Positions 9,776 through 20,041 of a stretch of DNA of 64,000 bases are shown one piece after another. Under the pieces are notes generated by a model. It was not told the origin of the DNA, made no database searches, and worked only from the letters and a program-made list of their open reading frames with translations. Origin of the DNA: Bacteroidales bacterium (GTDB lineage: Bacteria > Bacteroidota > Bacteroidia > Bacteroidales > UBA3663). The number at the start of each line of letters is the position of its first letter. Within the stretch, counting starts at the first letter, position 1. Made by a program: the position numbers and the translations under genes. The DNA lies in the NCBI GenBank assembly GCA_045598885.1, contig JAZRVB010000121.1, positions 3,987 to 67,986 on the forward strand, read 5' to 3'.

Positions 9776-10282
9776 ATGAAGAAGATCTTTCTGATGCTAT
9801 GCCTGACTATAACAACACTACAGGCATGGGCTACCGACAGGGGTACGAGGGTGAGTGCCAATGTAGGCCTTCTCTATGAGAGAGGCATGGATGCAACGCT
9901 CTCCGTCGAGCGCGAGACCCGTTATCATAATGTCTGGGAGTACTTCGCTACCGGCTATCTCAAATGGGAAGACTGTCCGAGCTGTGGTCATATCTGTCCA
10001 GAGTCTTTATGGACCAACTATAACACCTGGGGCGTAGGTGTAGCCTACAAGCCTCTGGTCCTAAGAACCAGAAATACGAACGGCAGAGTCCGTTTCGGTG
10101 CATCCTTAGGCAGTGATACGAATAAGTTCTTAGGCACTATACACCTTGGCTATGAGCATGACTATGTCCTCAGTAATGGCATTATTCTTTACTGGCAGGT
10201 GAAGGAGGATGTCGTTATCGAGGGTAAGGATCTTTTCCGTACTGGAGTCGCTGTAGGTATCAAGCTGCCACTAAACTACTAA
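9776..10282 (+). CDS. traO: Conjugative transposon protein TraO
   Basis: Start taken at MKKIFLMLCLTITTLQAWA (signal peptide); the track ORF starts upstream at 9722. ~168 aa, immediately after traN. Confidence 0.7.
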   Translation: MKKIFLMLCLTITTLQAWATDRGTRVSANVGLLYERGMDATLSVERETRYHNVWEYFATGYLKWEDCPSCGHICPESLWTNYNTWGVGVAYKPLVLRTRNTNGRVRFGASLGSDTNKFLGTIHLGYEHDYVLSNGIILYWQVKEDVVIEGKDLFRTGVAVGIKLPLNY

Positions 10283-10285
10283 GCC

Positions 10286-10948
10286 ATGAAAAACACCAAA
10301 TTACGCATGATGGCAATGGCTGCCATCGCTGTCCTTATGACCTCATGTGATGATCATAAGGATTTCATTGACAATAGTATGCACGTAGGAGATGTGCTCA
10401 CTACCGATGGTGACGTGCTCCGTTACCATGACTACGAGAAGAGTGGCAAGGAAGCCATCGGCGTAGTCTTCCATGTGAATCAGGACGGAACCAAGGGAGA
10501 GGGAAGAGGCTATGCCGTCTATCTCTGGGATAAAGAAGGTTTGGCCTATGCCGATACTGTCAGTATCAGCCAGAAGACGGGTACTGACACCGAAGCCTAT
10601 GACGGCAATGCCAATACCTTTGCCATGATGGAGAATACAGGTGTGGGCTCACCACTGGCCGATGCCGTCTTCCCGATGTGGAAGATGGGTCAGAGTGCCT
10701 TTATCCCGAGTGTCGCTGAGATGCGTCTGATGAAGCAGCACAAGCTGGAGGTCAACCCTATCATCGAACGATGTGGCGGTGATGTCCTTCCGGATCAAGC
10801 AGAGGAGTGCTGGTATTGGACGAGTACGGGCGTGGAAGGCCAGGAGGAGTATAAGGCATGGCTCTATTCGCTACAGAGTGGAGCCATCCATGAGACTCCT
10901 AAGGATCAACCTCATAAGGCACGTCCAATCATTTCAATCCGTTACTGA
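10286..10948 (+). CDS. DUF1566-like lipoprotein
   Basis: Lipobox 'LMTSC'. 'AFIPSVAEMRLM' and 'YWTSTGV...AWLYSLQSGAIHETPKDQPHKARPIISI' resemble DUF1566 signature blocks. Confidence 0.55.
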   Translation: MKNTKLRMMAMAAIAVLMTSCDDHKDFIDNSMHVGDVLTTDGDVLRYHDYEKSGKEAIGVVFHVNQDGTKGEGRGYAVYLWDKEGLAYADTVSISQKTGTDTEAYDGNANTFAMMENTGVGSPLADAVFPMWKMGQSAFIPSVAEMRLMKQHKLEVNPIIERCGGDVLPDQAEECWYWTSTGVEGQEEYKAWLYSLQSGAIHETPKDQPHKARPIISIRY

Positions 10949-10956
10949 TCAACAAG

Positions 10957-11589
10957 ATGGAAGAAAGCAAGGAACTGCAAGGTAACTATAAGATCTTCAG
11001 GACAGTGATCTATGTGTCACTGCTCCTGGAGTTCTTCGAATATGCCATTGATCCGGCTGTGCTGGACCATTGGAATGGTGTGCTGGTCGAGATTCATGAC
11101 CGCATGAAACAGTGGTTCATCTATATGGATGGCCATATCGGATGGAGCAAGGTCGCTACCTTCCTAGTGGTCTGTGTCACCTGTCTCGGTACCAAGAACA
11201 AGAAGAGCATAGAGTTTGATGCCCGTAAGATGGTACTCTTTCCGATCGTGGCCGGCTTCATGCTGACCCTTCTCTCGGTAGTGCTTTTCAACCACAGACA
11301 CGCCACTCCTTTCTATGCGTCGATAGGTCTCAGGTTGGGTACGATCCTCTATATGATCGCCACCATCGTCGGCACTGTCTTCATCCATATTGCACTGGAC
11401 AATATCAGCAAGTTTCTTAGAGAGGGACTGCTGAAAGACCGTTTCAATCTGGAGAACGAGAGCTTCGAGCAGACGCAGAAGAAGGAGGAGAACAAGTACA
11501 GCGTCAACATCCCGATGCGATACTACTACAAGGGTAAATTCAGGGAAGGATGGGTGAATATCGTGAACCCTTTTCGAGGTACTAAATAG
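10957..11589 (+). pseudogene. Type IV coupling protein (TraG/TraD family, Bacteroidota type), N-terminal membrane fragment
   Basis: 210 aa with several TM segments. It ends '...WVNIVNPFRGT-K-stop'. The Walker A continuation is found at 25301 onward in a matching reading context. Confidence 0.8.
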
Positions 11590-12019
11590 AACAATCGAGT
11601 GATTTTTGTTAAACTCATACACTGACTAAAAGTAAACGTAAACGACTAAAATACAGTGATATGTGTAAAACAAAGGAAAACAACAGAAAAAATACGAAGC
11701 GGGATGACTTCGGGATGGTTGGGAACTTTGGTCGGGAACAGCCGATTTTGTTTCCCAGAGTTTCCCAGAAATGGGCTGAATACGGCTTGATTCAAATGGA
11801 TAATCCGTTTGTAGGTACATGGATGGAAACGAACGATAAGCCGCCATGAGGTCTAACTGTAAAGTCTAATTTTTCCGTCAGTAACTAAATAGATTTAATA
11901 GAAGATTGATAGTCAACAATTAAAAAGGATAATCCGACCGAAATTCCTTATCTTCGCAACCGCAAATCGAGGATTGTTCGGACTCCTACACTCGATAAAC
12001 AAATAAATAAAGAATTCCA

Positions 12020-13411
12020 ATGAAAATATCAGTTTCGCTACATAATGCCCCAAAGAAGGGCGAAGACCCAAAACTCAGACAGCTGATCTTCCGAGTACGA
12101 GAGGGCAACAATGATTTGAAGGTACGCACTGACCTCATGGCAGACCCAACACTTTGGGATGAATCGATACCAGGCTACCGACGCACTACCAAGTTGGGCA
12201 AAGGAGGCACAAAGGCATACAATGATAAGTTGCAAGACATCTTCCGACTTATCGAAGCAGACTTTACGCCAATGCGTGATGGCAAGTGGCTAAAGGAAAT
12301 CATCAATGGCTATCTTCACCCAGTTGTAGAGCAAGCAAAAACCTTCTCACCTCTACCATGCGAGGATGATGAGAAGGACACTTCGCTTGAAAACCTTGAC
12401 AAAGGCTCAGTTCCAGAGTGGTTCAAGAAATTTGTCGAGCGATGCGATGTCAGCCAAGGCAGAAAGGCTTGCTACCTTTCCACCATCAAAAAACTCCGTC
12501 GCTATGAGCTGTACAAACGAGAGTTTGAAGGTCAGGAAGGATTCAACCTATATCCAGATACCTTCACAATAGATGATCTCTATGACTTCTTTGACTATGT
12601 CGAGAATGAGTACATCTACTATGATGAGCATTTCGAGTGGTACTGCCAGTTCCACATCGGCAAGAAGCCACCTGTAAAGTACACCGACAACTATCTCATG
12701 ACTGTCAAGAGTCATTTCCGAGCATTCATGAACTGGATGACCAAGAACGGCTATAGTTCCAACATGGAATATAAGAAGTTAAAACTCAAAGCCGATGTCT
12801 ATGCAGACCCTATCTATCTCACACTTGAAGAGCGTGACAAGGTCTATTATGCAGACCTTAGCAAGCATCCGACTCTGAGCCTTTATAGGGATATGTTCAT
12901 GTTCCAGTGTCTTGTAGGTTGCCGAGTGTCTGACCTTTATGCTTTCACTACTCGCAACATTACACCTGATGGCTTCATTGAGTTCCTTCCTGCGAAGACG
13001 CGAGAGAATGCGGTCGAAGGCGCACCGTCTTCATTCTGCCGTGTGCCTCTCAATGAGAAGGCTATGGAGATTGTCAACCGCAACATGGATAAGCGCAGTG
13101 GTCGTCTCTTCCCATATCGCAATAAGAATATGTATGCGTATGGCATCAAGATGCTGCTCTTGCTCTGTGAGATTGACCGCATGGTGACAGCCAGAGATCC
13201 TGACACAAAGGAGTTCAATCGCTTCCCACTGTATATGGTTGCAACAACCCATACCGCGAGAAAGACCTTCATTGCCAATGTCTATAAGAAGGTAAAAGAC
13301 CCAGACTTGATCTGTTCTATGACAGGTCACATGCCTGGCTCCAAGTCCTTCCGTCGCTATCGTCACATAGATGACGAATGCAAGTGGGAAGCCCTTGAAG
13401 GCATAGAATAA
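12020..13411 (+). CDS. Tyrosine site-specific integrase
   Basis: 463 aa. 'LVGCRVSD', 'TTHTARKTFIANVY...MTGHMPGSKSFRRYRHI' (R..H.R..Y catalytic pattern). Confidence 0.9.
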   Translation: MKISVSLHNAPKKGEDPKLRQLIFRVREGNNDLKVRTDLMADPTLWDESIPGYRRTTKLGKGGTKAYNDKLQDIFRLIEADFTPMRDGKWLKEIINGYLHPVVEQAKTFSPLPCEDDEKDTSLENLDKGSVPEWFKKFVERCDVSQGRKACYLSTIKKLRRYELYKREFEGQEGFNLYPDTFTIDDLYDFFDYVENEYIYYDEHFEWYCQFHIGKKPPVKYTDNYLMTVKSHFRAFMNWMTKNGYSSNMEYKKLKLKADVYADPIYLTLEERDKVYYADLSKHPTLSLYRDMFMFQCLVGCRVSDLYAFTTRNITPDGFIEFLPAKTRENAVEGAPSSFCRVPLNEKAMEIVNRNMDKRSGRLFPYRNKNMYAYGIKMLLLLCEIDRMVTARDPDTKEFNRFPLYMVATTHTARKTFIANVYKKVKDPDLICSMTGHMPGSKSFRRYRHIDDECKWEALEGIE

Positions 13412-13443
13412 CATTGATTGTCTAACCACCCAAGAACAAGAAG

Positions 13444-14772
13444 ATGAAAGTTACAGCATTTATCCGTCAGAAGACTGTTGCCAAGAACAACACTACTGAC
13501 AAAAGTACGATATTCTTCCGCATCCGTGATGGCAAACTCGACATCAAGGTTGCCAGTGAGCTCTCTATCAATGCGAACCACTGGAGCGATGACCGCCAAG
13601 GCTACAAGCTTCGTGTGAACACCGTATCTGATGCAGTGAAAAGGGAACTCGACCGCAAGGTCAGGGAGATCACCGATCTTATCAATGACAAGTATCACAA
13701 GGGAGTTGATGGCAAGTGGCTGAAGCATCTGATCCAGTTGTATCACCATCCCAACATGATCTATGCAGAAGATGGCATCGACACCCGACTGACAAGTCAG
13801 ATTACTGAGTACTACAATCATAGAAAGGTCGCTACTTGCACCATCTATACGGCTCATACCATCATCAAGAAGATACAGCGTTTCGAGCAGTACATGCAGA
13901 CCGTCAAGCGACGCAAGGGTTATGTCATGTATGCAGAAGCCATCACCGAGGAAGACCTTTATCTTTTCAAGGAGTACTGTCTTGATGAGTATCTGATCTC
14001 ACAGGATTATCCAGAACTCTTCGAGAACGTGAAGCCATGGCAGAAGCCCAGAGCGGAAATGTCAGAGAATGGTGTCTATGACATCCTTCACAGACTCCGC
14101 ACCGTCATGAAGTGGATTGACTTCAACGGCATACCAACAACCAAGCCTTTCAGCCGCTTCGAGTTGAAGGCTCCAACGTATGGTACTCCGTGGTATCTCA
14201 CTCTTGAAGAAAGAGACAAAATCTGGAACCTTGATCTGTCAGGCGAGAAGAACCAGTTGAAGTTCCATCGTGACATCTTCATTTTTCAGTGCTGTGTCGG
14301 CTGTCGTATGGGTGATATTGGCAGATTCACCAAGGACAACATCGTCAATGGTGCTCTGGAGTATATTCCACATAAGACTGCCGAAAGTTCAGGCAGACTT
14401 GTACGAGTTCCGCTGAACCAGAAGGCTCAGGAGATACTGAACAGGTACAGTTGGCGCAAGACTACCTTGCTTCCTTACTTCGTGGATTTCGAGTACAACG
14501 AGGGTATCAAGACACTCTGTACCATGGCAGGTGTCACTCGCATCGTTTCGGTACTCGACCCGAAGACTCGTACCGAGGTGAAGAAGCCACTCAATGAGAT
14601 TGCAAGCAGCCACATGGCTCGACGCACCTTCATCGGCAACATGTACAAAAAGGTCAAGGATCCAGACCTTATTGGCTCGATGTCTGGTCATGTCGAAGGC
14701 TCCAAGGCTTTCGCCAGATACCGCACCATCGATGATGACATGAAGCGTGAACTCGTTGACATGATCAACTGA
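13444..14772 (+). CDS. Tyrosine site-specific integrase (tandem paralogue)
   Basis: 442 aa, collinear with the 12020 protein. 'CVGCRMGD', 'SSHMARRTFIGNMY...MSGHVEGSKAFARYRTI'. Confidence 0.9.
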   Translation: MKVTAFIRQKTVAKNNTTDKSTIFFRIRDGKLDIKVASELSINANHWSDDRQGYKLRVNTVSDAVKRELDRKVREITDLINDKYHKGVDGKWLKHLIQLYHHPNMIYAEDGIDTRLTSQITEYYNHRKVATCTIYTAHTIIKKIQRFEQYMQTVKRRKGYVMYAEAITEEDLYLFKEYCLDEYLISQDYPELFENVKPWQKPRAEMSENGVYDILHRLRTVMKWIDFNGIPTTKPFSRFELKAPTYGTPWYLTLEERDKIWNLDLSGEKNQLKFHRDIFIFQCCVGCRMGDIGRFTKDNIVNGALEYIPHKTAESSGRLVRVPLNQKAQEILNRYSWRKTTLLPYFVDFEYNEGIKTLCTMAGVTRIVSVLDPKTRTEVKKPLNEIASSHMARRTFIGNMYKKVKDPDLIGSMSGHVEGSKAFARYRTIDDDMKRELVDMIN

Positions 14773-14855
14773 CACACCTGCTCTGCTACACTTGCTCTGA
14801 TGTTCTAACGTTCTGTCTGGCAGATGTCCCTATACCGCATCTACCGACAGGACAC

Positions 14856-15608
14856 ATGTCAAACCTTTTAATACTGCAAATCAAAGAAGAAGCATATTCA
14901 ATGAATACCCCACCTCTTGACCAACAGTTTGGTCTTCAGGTATCGAGAGAATCAACCGCTTTTATCACTGATATACTTACTATGTCACAGAAGCATTTTA
15001 CTAACGAGGTCTTTCTCACTCATGCAGTGAGTCTTGACCTACTGGATTACCTCTGTCCAGTTCACAAGAAAGAGGTGTTGAGAGTCGATGCTTTCCGCGA
15101 CCTTCTCAACAAGACCTGCCAGCAGCCTACAGGTGCAATGACCAAGGAGGGTACTCCACTGATCGTTACCCCAGGGCAACTGGTAACGTCGGTTTCCGAA
15201 CTCTCACGAGTGTGGGACTGGCACAGGGATAAGGTTCGTGACTTCCTTGATGGACTTGCCGAACGTGGTGTTCTCACGATCGACATGCACAAGAAGTTCA
15301 TGATTCTTTCGTTCCCTGATCTGGCAGACCGCATTGCAGCCTATGCTCCGAAGGCTGACAACGAGGTATCTGCCGAGCCTGAATCTTCGAATGGTGGAGC
15401 AATCGAAGATAAGGGACAGAAGAAGGAAAGCTCATCTGTCACTCAGGATGTGGATGCAGCAACCGAGGCTATTGAAGCCAAGGAGGTGAAGTCTGGCATT
15501 CAGAAGGACGGAGAGAAGCAAGAAGATGGCGAGGCTGGTACTGCCAGACGTGGCGGTTACATAGAGCAAGACATCTTCTCTGGTGTTGATAACGCTGGCA
15601 CTGAATAA
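14856..15608 (+). CDS. Hypothetical protein, possible winged-helix DNA-binding, acidic tail
   Basis: 250 aa. 'QLVTSVSELSRVWDWHRDKVRDFLDGLAERGVL' looks like a wHTH recognition segment. The C-terminal third is low-complexity and acidic. The start codon is uncertain. Confidence 0.5.
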   Translation: MSNLLILQIKEEAYSMNTPPLDQQFGLQVSRESTAFITDILTMSQKHFTNEVFLTHAVSLDLLDYLCPVHKKEVLRVDAFRDLLNKTCQQPTGAMTKEGTPLIVTPGQLVTSVSELSRVWDWHRDKVRDFLDGLAERGVLTIDMHKKFMILSFPDLADRIAAYAPKADNEVSAEPESSNGGAIEDKGQKKESSSVTQDVDAATEAIEAKEVKSGIQKDGEKQEDGEAGTARRGGYIEQDIFSGVDNAGTE

Positions 15609-15643
15609 GTGCCGGCTAATACTAATCTAATGAATACTTAACA

Positions 15644-16015
15644 ATGGATCTATACTCAATGATTCAGGCTGGTGGTCGCATGAATTTCACGGTCACTGGC
15701 GAGGATCTTGTCCAGTTTGCAGAGACCCTTATCGAGAAGACTATCGCTATGCGTGATGCCGAATCGGCAATGGCTCCAAAGGACGAGACCTATCTTACAA
15801 CTGACGAGGTCATCGCTAAATTCCATGTCTGCAAGACTACCTTGTGGACTTGGGAGAAGAACGGTTACCTGATTCCTTCGCGTTGGGGCAAACGTAAGAC
15901 GTATGCCTTATCGGAACTCCATGCGATCATGAAGGATAAGAAGAAGCGTCTGCCAAATCTTGCCGCTCAGGAGAACAAGCTGGCAGATACGCTTGGAAAG
16001 GAGGTGCAGGGCTGA
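15644..16015 (+). CDS. Helix-turn-helix (excisionase/MerR-like) DNA-binding protein
   Basis: 123 aa. 'YLTTDEVIAKFHVCKTTLWTWEKNGYLIPSRWGKRKTY' is the typical Xis-family HTH of Bacteroidota mobile elements. Confidence 0.7.
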   Translation: MDLYSMIQAGGRMNFTVTGEDLVQFAETLIEKTIAMRDAESAMAPKDETYLTTDEVIAKFHVCKTTLWTWEKNGYLIPSRWGKRKTYALSELHAIMKDKKKRLPNLAAQENKLADTLGKEVQG

Positions 16016-16024
16016 CGGGTATCT

Positions 16025-16075
16025 CTGGGTGATAGGCATGGCTGCATTTGTACGCAGTCGTAGCCTGTCACCAGG
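16025..16075. other. Imperfect inverted repeat, candidate oriT element
   Basis: CTGGGTGATAGGC (16025-16037) faces GCCTGTCACCAGG (16063-16075), with a nested CTGC/GCAG pair. It lies in a ~650-bp ORF-free tract upstream of the mob genes. Confidence 0.25.
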
Positions 16076-16670
16076 GTCTTGCAGGAGCAACAGATTGGTG
16101 CTGTTATACGGCAGACACTCTATGTCTTACCCTTTTCCCTTTCGTCGATACCAGATGCCTTTTTCAATTTCACTTCTTGATCATCTTCAAGGCATAAGCT
16201 GTGATACAGGTATCTGGCAGATACACCCAAAGGTTAAGGGATGCCGAAGCGCCACTTACTATATTATATGTAGTTCGTGCCGCACCAGGCATTGGTCAAG
16301 ACTCGCTTCTATACGGACTTTACGCAGCAGACAGAGGTCAGCGACGTATCTCTGATCACAGTCTGTTATCATGCGTAAATCCGTTTCTGGAGGCTTTGTC
16401 AAGGTCGTAAGTCATGGGCTCACCACCTGTCCTGCAGCCTGTCTATTCATGTTTTACAAGCATCTTCGATGCCTACGGCTAATCCCTTAATTCTAAGTCG
16501 TTATGTCTCTGATCTGCCACGATCCAGCAGAGCTGAAACGATGACTGTCAGACGTAACGTCCGTTTTACGGAAAGAGTTTTTTCGGGGTTGGGGAGCAAG
16601 TGTATGTTTTCTAAGCCCAGAAAACAACCATCCCATTCGGTCGGGAGCATCAAGATGCTGGCACATAAAT

Positions 16671-17072
16671 GTGAAGGAGGCTATTATGAATAAAACCTCT
16701 AAACCCCAACCCCCAATATCTTCTCGTAAACATAAGGGTGGTCGTCCACCCATTCCTGAGGAACAGAAGCGTACCTGCTGCAAGAAGGTTTACTTCACAA
16801 AGGAAGAGTCTGAATGCGTAGAACTCGCTGCTGATGAGAACAACATGTCTGACTCAGAGTACATCAACCAGATGACTATGAACGGCAAGGTGGTAGCACC
16901 AATCTCGCCAGAATTTGCAAGGGACTTTCGATCCGTTGCGAATCTGTCAGGTAATCTCAACCAGTTGGCATACCAGGCCAACAAAGGTGGCTACCATACT
17001 GTGGCAAATGAACTGCTCGCAGAACGGTCAAGGCTGAAGGCTGTACTCAATAAACTCTACAGCTGGGTATGA
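16671..17072 (+). CDS. MobC-like mobilization (relaxosome accessory) protein
   Basis: 133 aa. 'GGRPP...KKVYFTKEESECVELAADENNMSDSEYI' and 'NLSGNLNQLAYQANKGG' match the ribbon-helix-helix MobC pattern. It overlaps the relaxase start. Confidence 0.75.
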   Translation: MKEAIMNKTSKPQPPISSRKHKGGRPPIPEEQKRTCCKKVYFTKEESECVELAADENNMSDSEYINQMTMNGKVVAPISPEFARDFRSVANLSGNLNQLAYQANKGGYHTVANELLAERSRLKAVLNKLYSWV

Positions 17073-18154
17073 TGCCGAAGATAAGTAACGGTTCTACCTT
17101 CGGTGGAATCGTCAATTACGCAAATGACATCAAGGACAAGGGGACAACAATCCTCGCGTCTCGTGGAGTGGATCTGACGAACAACTACACTATAGCGCAG
17201 TCGTTCAAGATTCAGGCTATGATGAACCAGCGAGTACAGATTTGTGTCGGACACTTTGCTCTCAGTTTTCCTCCTGAAGATGCACATCGCTGCACTGACG
17301 GATTCATGCGTAAACTGGCAATGGAGTATATGAAGAAAATGGGCATTACTGATACCCAGTTTGTCATCTTCCGACACCATGACCACGATCATGACCATGT
17401 GCATGTAGTGTATAACCGAGTCAATGATTCCGGCAAGACCATATCTGACGGATGTGATGTAGAAAGGGCAATCGCCATATGTCAGGCGATGACCAGACAC
17501 TATGGTCTTCACTGGAGCGATGGCAAGATGAACGTCAACCGCAACAGGCTCAAAGGCAAGGCTGTTGTCAAGTATGCCATCTTCGACGCAGCACAGAAGG
17601 CGTTGGCTGGCAGTCAGACGTGGAACGGTTTCATCGAGCGTATGAAGGAACAAGGCATTCAGGTCAAGGTTGCACCTCGTGATGATGGCAAGGGCATGGG
17701 CATCGTCTTCACCAAAGGCAATGTCTCTATGAGTGGTTATCAGGTTGACCGACGCAGCCTGACTTTCTACAAGCTCAACCAGCACTTGTACAACATCAAT
17801 GATCTGTTGCCAAGAGACCAGTGGCTACCCGACGAGCCAAGGATCTCTGAGGGCAATTACGACGAGTCTCAGTCTGATGCACGTCTGCCGAAAGTGTCCT
17901 TTAACAAGTCAGACGAGTATGTCGAGGACAGTAGCGTTAATATCTATGATGAGAATAACGATTCTGCCTTTTTTGATACCGACTCGGCTGCCGAAGTTGC
18001 TTCCAACGTGGCTGCTGCAGCTGTTGAACTGGTGACTGGTCCAGCTGTGGTTCCGACCTCAGGAGGTGGCGGCGGTGGCAGTTCCAGTGGCTGGGGCGAC
18101 GACGACGATGACGACGAGAAGAAGAAACGGAACACACCAAGGTTCCATCGTTAA
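17069..18154 (+). CDS. Relaxase/mobilization nuclease
   Basis: 361 aa. 'VGHFALSFPPED' and the histidine triad 'HHDHDHDHVHVVYNRV' are typical of MobA/VirD2-type relaxase domains. It has a Gly/Asp-rich low-complexity tail. Confidence 0.85.
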   Translation: MMPKISNGSTFGGIVNYANDIKDKGTTILASRGVDLTNNYTIAQSFKIQAMMNQRVQICVGHFALSFPPEDAHRCTDGFMRKLAMEYMKKMGITDTQFVIFRHHDHDHDHVHVVYNRVNDSGKTISDGCDVERAIAICQAMTRHYGLHWSDGKMNVNRNRLKGKAVVKYAIFDAAQKALAGSQTWNGFIERMKEQGIQVKVAPRDDGKGMGIVFTKGNVSMSGYQVDRRSLTFYKLNQHLYNINDLLPRDQWLPDEPRISEGNYDESQSDARLPKVSFNKSDEYVEDSSVNIYDENNDSAFFDTDSAAEVASNVAAAAVELVTGPAVVPTSGGGGGGSSSGWGDDDDDDEKKKRNTPRFHR

Positions 18155-18168
18155 TAACTTTACAGAAT

Positions 18169-19131
18169 ATGGGAAATAACACATCAAAACTAAAACCTGC
18201 AAGGGCAATAAGCAGGGAGAAGATCAAGGAAGTGGAAGGGAAATCGGAGAATGTTTCTTCTCCTGTTGCCTCTTCACGGAACGGATTCGTTCAACCTACT
18301 GAGCCTACAGACCAGAGAGAGGATCCTGATGTTATCGTTCCTATCTGTCAGCCGGATTCTGAACCGCCAGACGAGTCGGAAGACTTGGATGTGCCAGAAG
18401 AATTTACTGACAAGATACTCGGTGACATCTCAGTTCATGACTTCTGCTTTGTCATTGAAACCGTTTATAACTCTCTGCTCGATAATCGTGCTGAAGCGAT
18501 GCGCAAAGCACGAGAAGAGAGAATCCGCCAGCAAGAGGAATCTGGTATTGATATTATCACTCCAGAGAATGCTCTTATGAAGTGTGTGGAATACATGAAT
18601 GGTATCAAAGAGAATTACGACCAGTACAAGGCGCAGAAGAATGCAATCGCCAAGGAACAGGCAGAGACTAAGGAAACGGTCAAATTGCAAGCAGAAACCG
18701 TCAAACGACTGGAAACGGTAATTGGCAGGATTGAAGACGTGCAGGGTGTCAAGGCTCCCAAGCGACCACCATTCCCTTCATGGGCATGTCTGACATACCT
18801 ATTCTGGCACTGGCCAATGTACTGTTTCGCTTATTGCTGGCAGTCGAAGTACTTCCGCAGATTCTGCTTCCTGATCACATTCCTTGTGATAGTAGTGCAG
18901 TTCTGTATGATTGTTCTTTTGGCAAGCGACAATAAGAATTTGACTCATGACCATGCAAAATATGTCACTGTCAGAAACTGGTCATACGTGATGAAGGACA
19001 CGGCAGCCATCAATCGTTTCAATCGTGTGGACTTACTCTTTGAAGATGTCAAGTTCAACCGAGAGCAGATTGAAGAACTGGACGAGTTCATCCGTACTAA
19101 GCATGAGAAGAACCAGAAGCGTCGCAAGTGA
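18169..19131 (+). CDS. Hypothetical protein, acidic N-terminal half, C-terminal TM segments
   Basis: 320 aa in an operon position after the relaxase. TM stretches 'WPMYCFAYCW' and 'FCFLITFLVIVVQFCMIVLLA'. No recognisable family. Confidence 0.5.
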   Translation: MGNNTSKLKPARAISREKIKEVEGKSENVSSPVASSRNGFVQPTEPTDQREDPDVIVPICQPDSEPPDESEDLDVPEEFTDKILGDISVHDFCFVIETVYNSLLDNRAEAMRKAREERIRQQEESGIDIITPENALMKCVEYMNGIKENYDQYKAQKNAIAKEQAETKETVKLQAETVKRLETVIGRIEDVQGVKAPKRPPFPSWACLTYLFWHWPMYCFAYCWQSKYFRRFCFLITFLVIVVQFCMIVLLASDNKNLTHDHAKYVTVRNWSYVMKDTAAINRFNRVDLLFEDVKFNREQIEELDEFIRTKHEKNQKRRK

Positions 19132-19160
19132 TAGGCTTGCTACGTCACTCTATTAAAATT

Positions 19161-19192
19161 GGCGCACCATCCGTAGTGGGTGATGCGCCTTT
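19161..19192 (+). terminator. Candidate intrinsic terminator after the mob operon
   Basis: GGCGCACCA...TGATGCGCC stem followed by TTT. It sits between the convergent genes ending at 19131 (+) and 19244 (-). Confidence 0.5.
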
Positions 19193-19243
19193 GATGATTA
19201 TTGTAGAACTCTATTATTTGAGATTATATAATTCCGTATTTCT

Positions 19244-20041
19244 TTACATTTTTTCTACCCATTTAACCACTCTAATACTCAATTCAAAAAGTAAGTATAA
19301 TGGTATAGTTACCAAAATGAGTGTCATTACGTCAGGTGGTGTAATAATGGCAGCTACAAACATTATAACAAGAAATGCATGTTTCCGGTATTCTGAAAGT
19401 AAATCAGAAGAAATGAATTCCATCTTTGCCAATGCAAATGCTATAACTGGTAATTGAAATACTAATCCCATGACTAGGGTCAGGGTTGTGAAAGTACTTA
19501 CATAACTATCCAGCGTAATGGTACTATGTACTCGATCTGCAACACTATACGTTCCAAGAAACCGAAAGGAAATTGGAAATAGTATATAGTAACTCATTAA
19601 CACTCCAAGAATGAAAAGAAAATAAATAACAGCAGCAATCTGTATAGAGTATTTCTTTTCACTTTCATACAGCGCAGGAGAAATGAAACGAAATAATTCA
19701 AATAGAATGTATGGCGATGCTCCAAGCAATCCTAAATATACAGCTGTGGTGATGTGTGTCATAAACTGGGATGACAAGTCGGTAGCTATGAGATCCACAT
19801 TGAATTCATCGAAATGGAAATCAGAAAAACCGAGCGAATGCATCACCGACTCTATCCATTGATATGTACAGAAGTTCCATTCGCTCGGAGCAAGCAACAT
19901 GTTCCAAGTGACACTTTTGAAACAGAACACTACAGCAGAAAGCACTCCTGCTACACCAAGAATGCGAAACAACATCTGGCGGAACACCTCAAGATGTCCG
20001 CCAAATGTGAGCATAGAACTGGTATCGTTACTGCTCGCCAT
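19244..20041 (-). CDS. tatC: Twin-arginine translocase subunit TatC
   Basis: Start taken at MASSND... (the track ORF starts at 20071). '[17 protein letters not shown]' matches the conserved TatC N-terminus, and the protein is polytopic with about six TM segments. Confidence 0.85.
   Translation of the reverse strand: MASSNDTSSMLTFGGHLEVFRQMLFRILGVAGVLSAVVFCFKSVTWNMLLAPSEWNFCTYQWIESVMHSLGFSDFHFDEFNVDLIATDLSSQFMTHITTAVYLGLLGASPYILFELFRFISPALYESEKKYSIQIAAVIYFLFILGVLMSYYILFPISFRFLGTYSVADRVHSTITLDSYVSTFTTLTLVMGLVFQLPVIAFALAKMEFISSDLLSEYRKHAFLVIMFVAAIITPPDVMTLILVTIPLYLLFELSIRVVKWVEKM

Noticed and set aside
8557-9861. 434-aa minus-strand ORF overlapping traM/traN/traO
   Set aside because: It is antisense to genes with clear family signatures. 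Its composition (rich in L/V/D/H/I, no motifs) is typical of a shadow ORF in a stop-poor antisense frame.
11590-12019. tRNA gene as the integration target
   Set aside because: No T-loop or acceptor-like sequence is seen at either junction. Both junctions lie within the T4CP coding sequence.
15960-16783. ORFs 15960-16355, 16201-16410, 16469-16693 (+) and 16493-16783 (-)
   Set aside because: They are mutually overlapping, Arg/Ser-rich and motif-free. The region is better explained as non-coding (oriT candidate) or decayed sequence.
18045-18125. GGN/GAC simple-sequence run
   Set aside because: It encodes the Gly- and Asp-rich low-complexity tail of the relaxase (SGGGGGGSSSGWGDDDDDDEKKK). It is not an independent repeat element.
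19128-19457. 109-aa plus-strand ORF
   Set aside because: It is antisense to the 3' end of tatC and has no features of its own.
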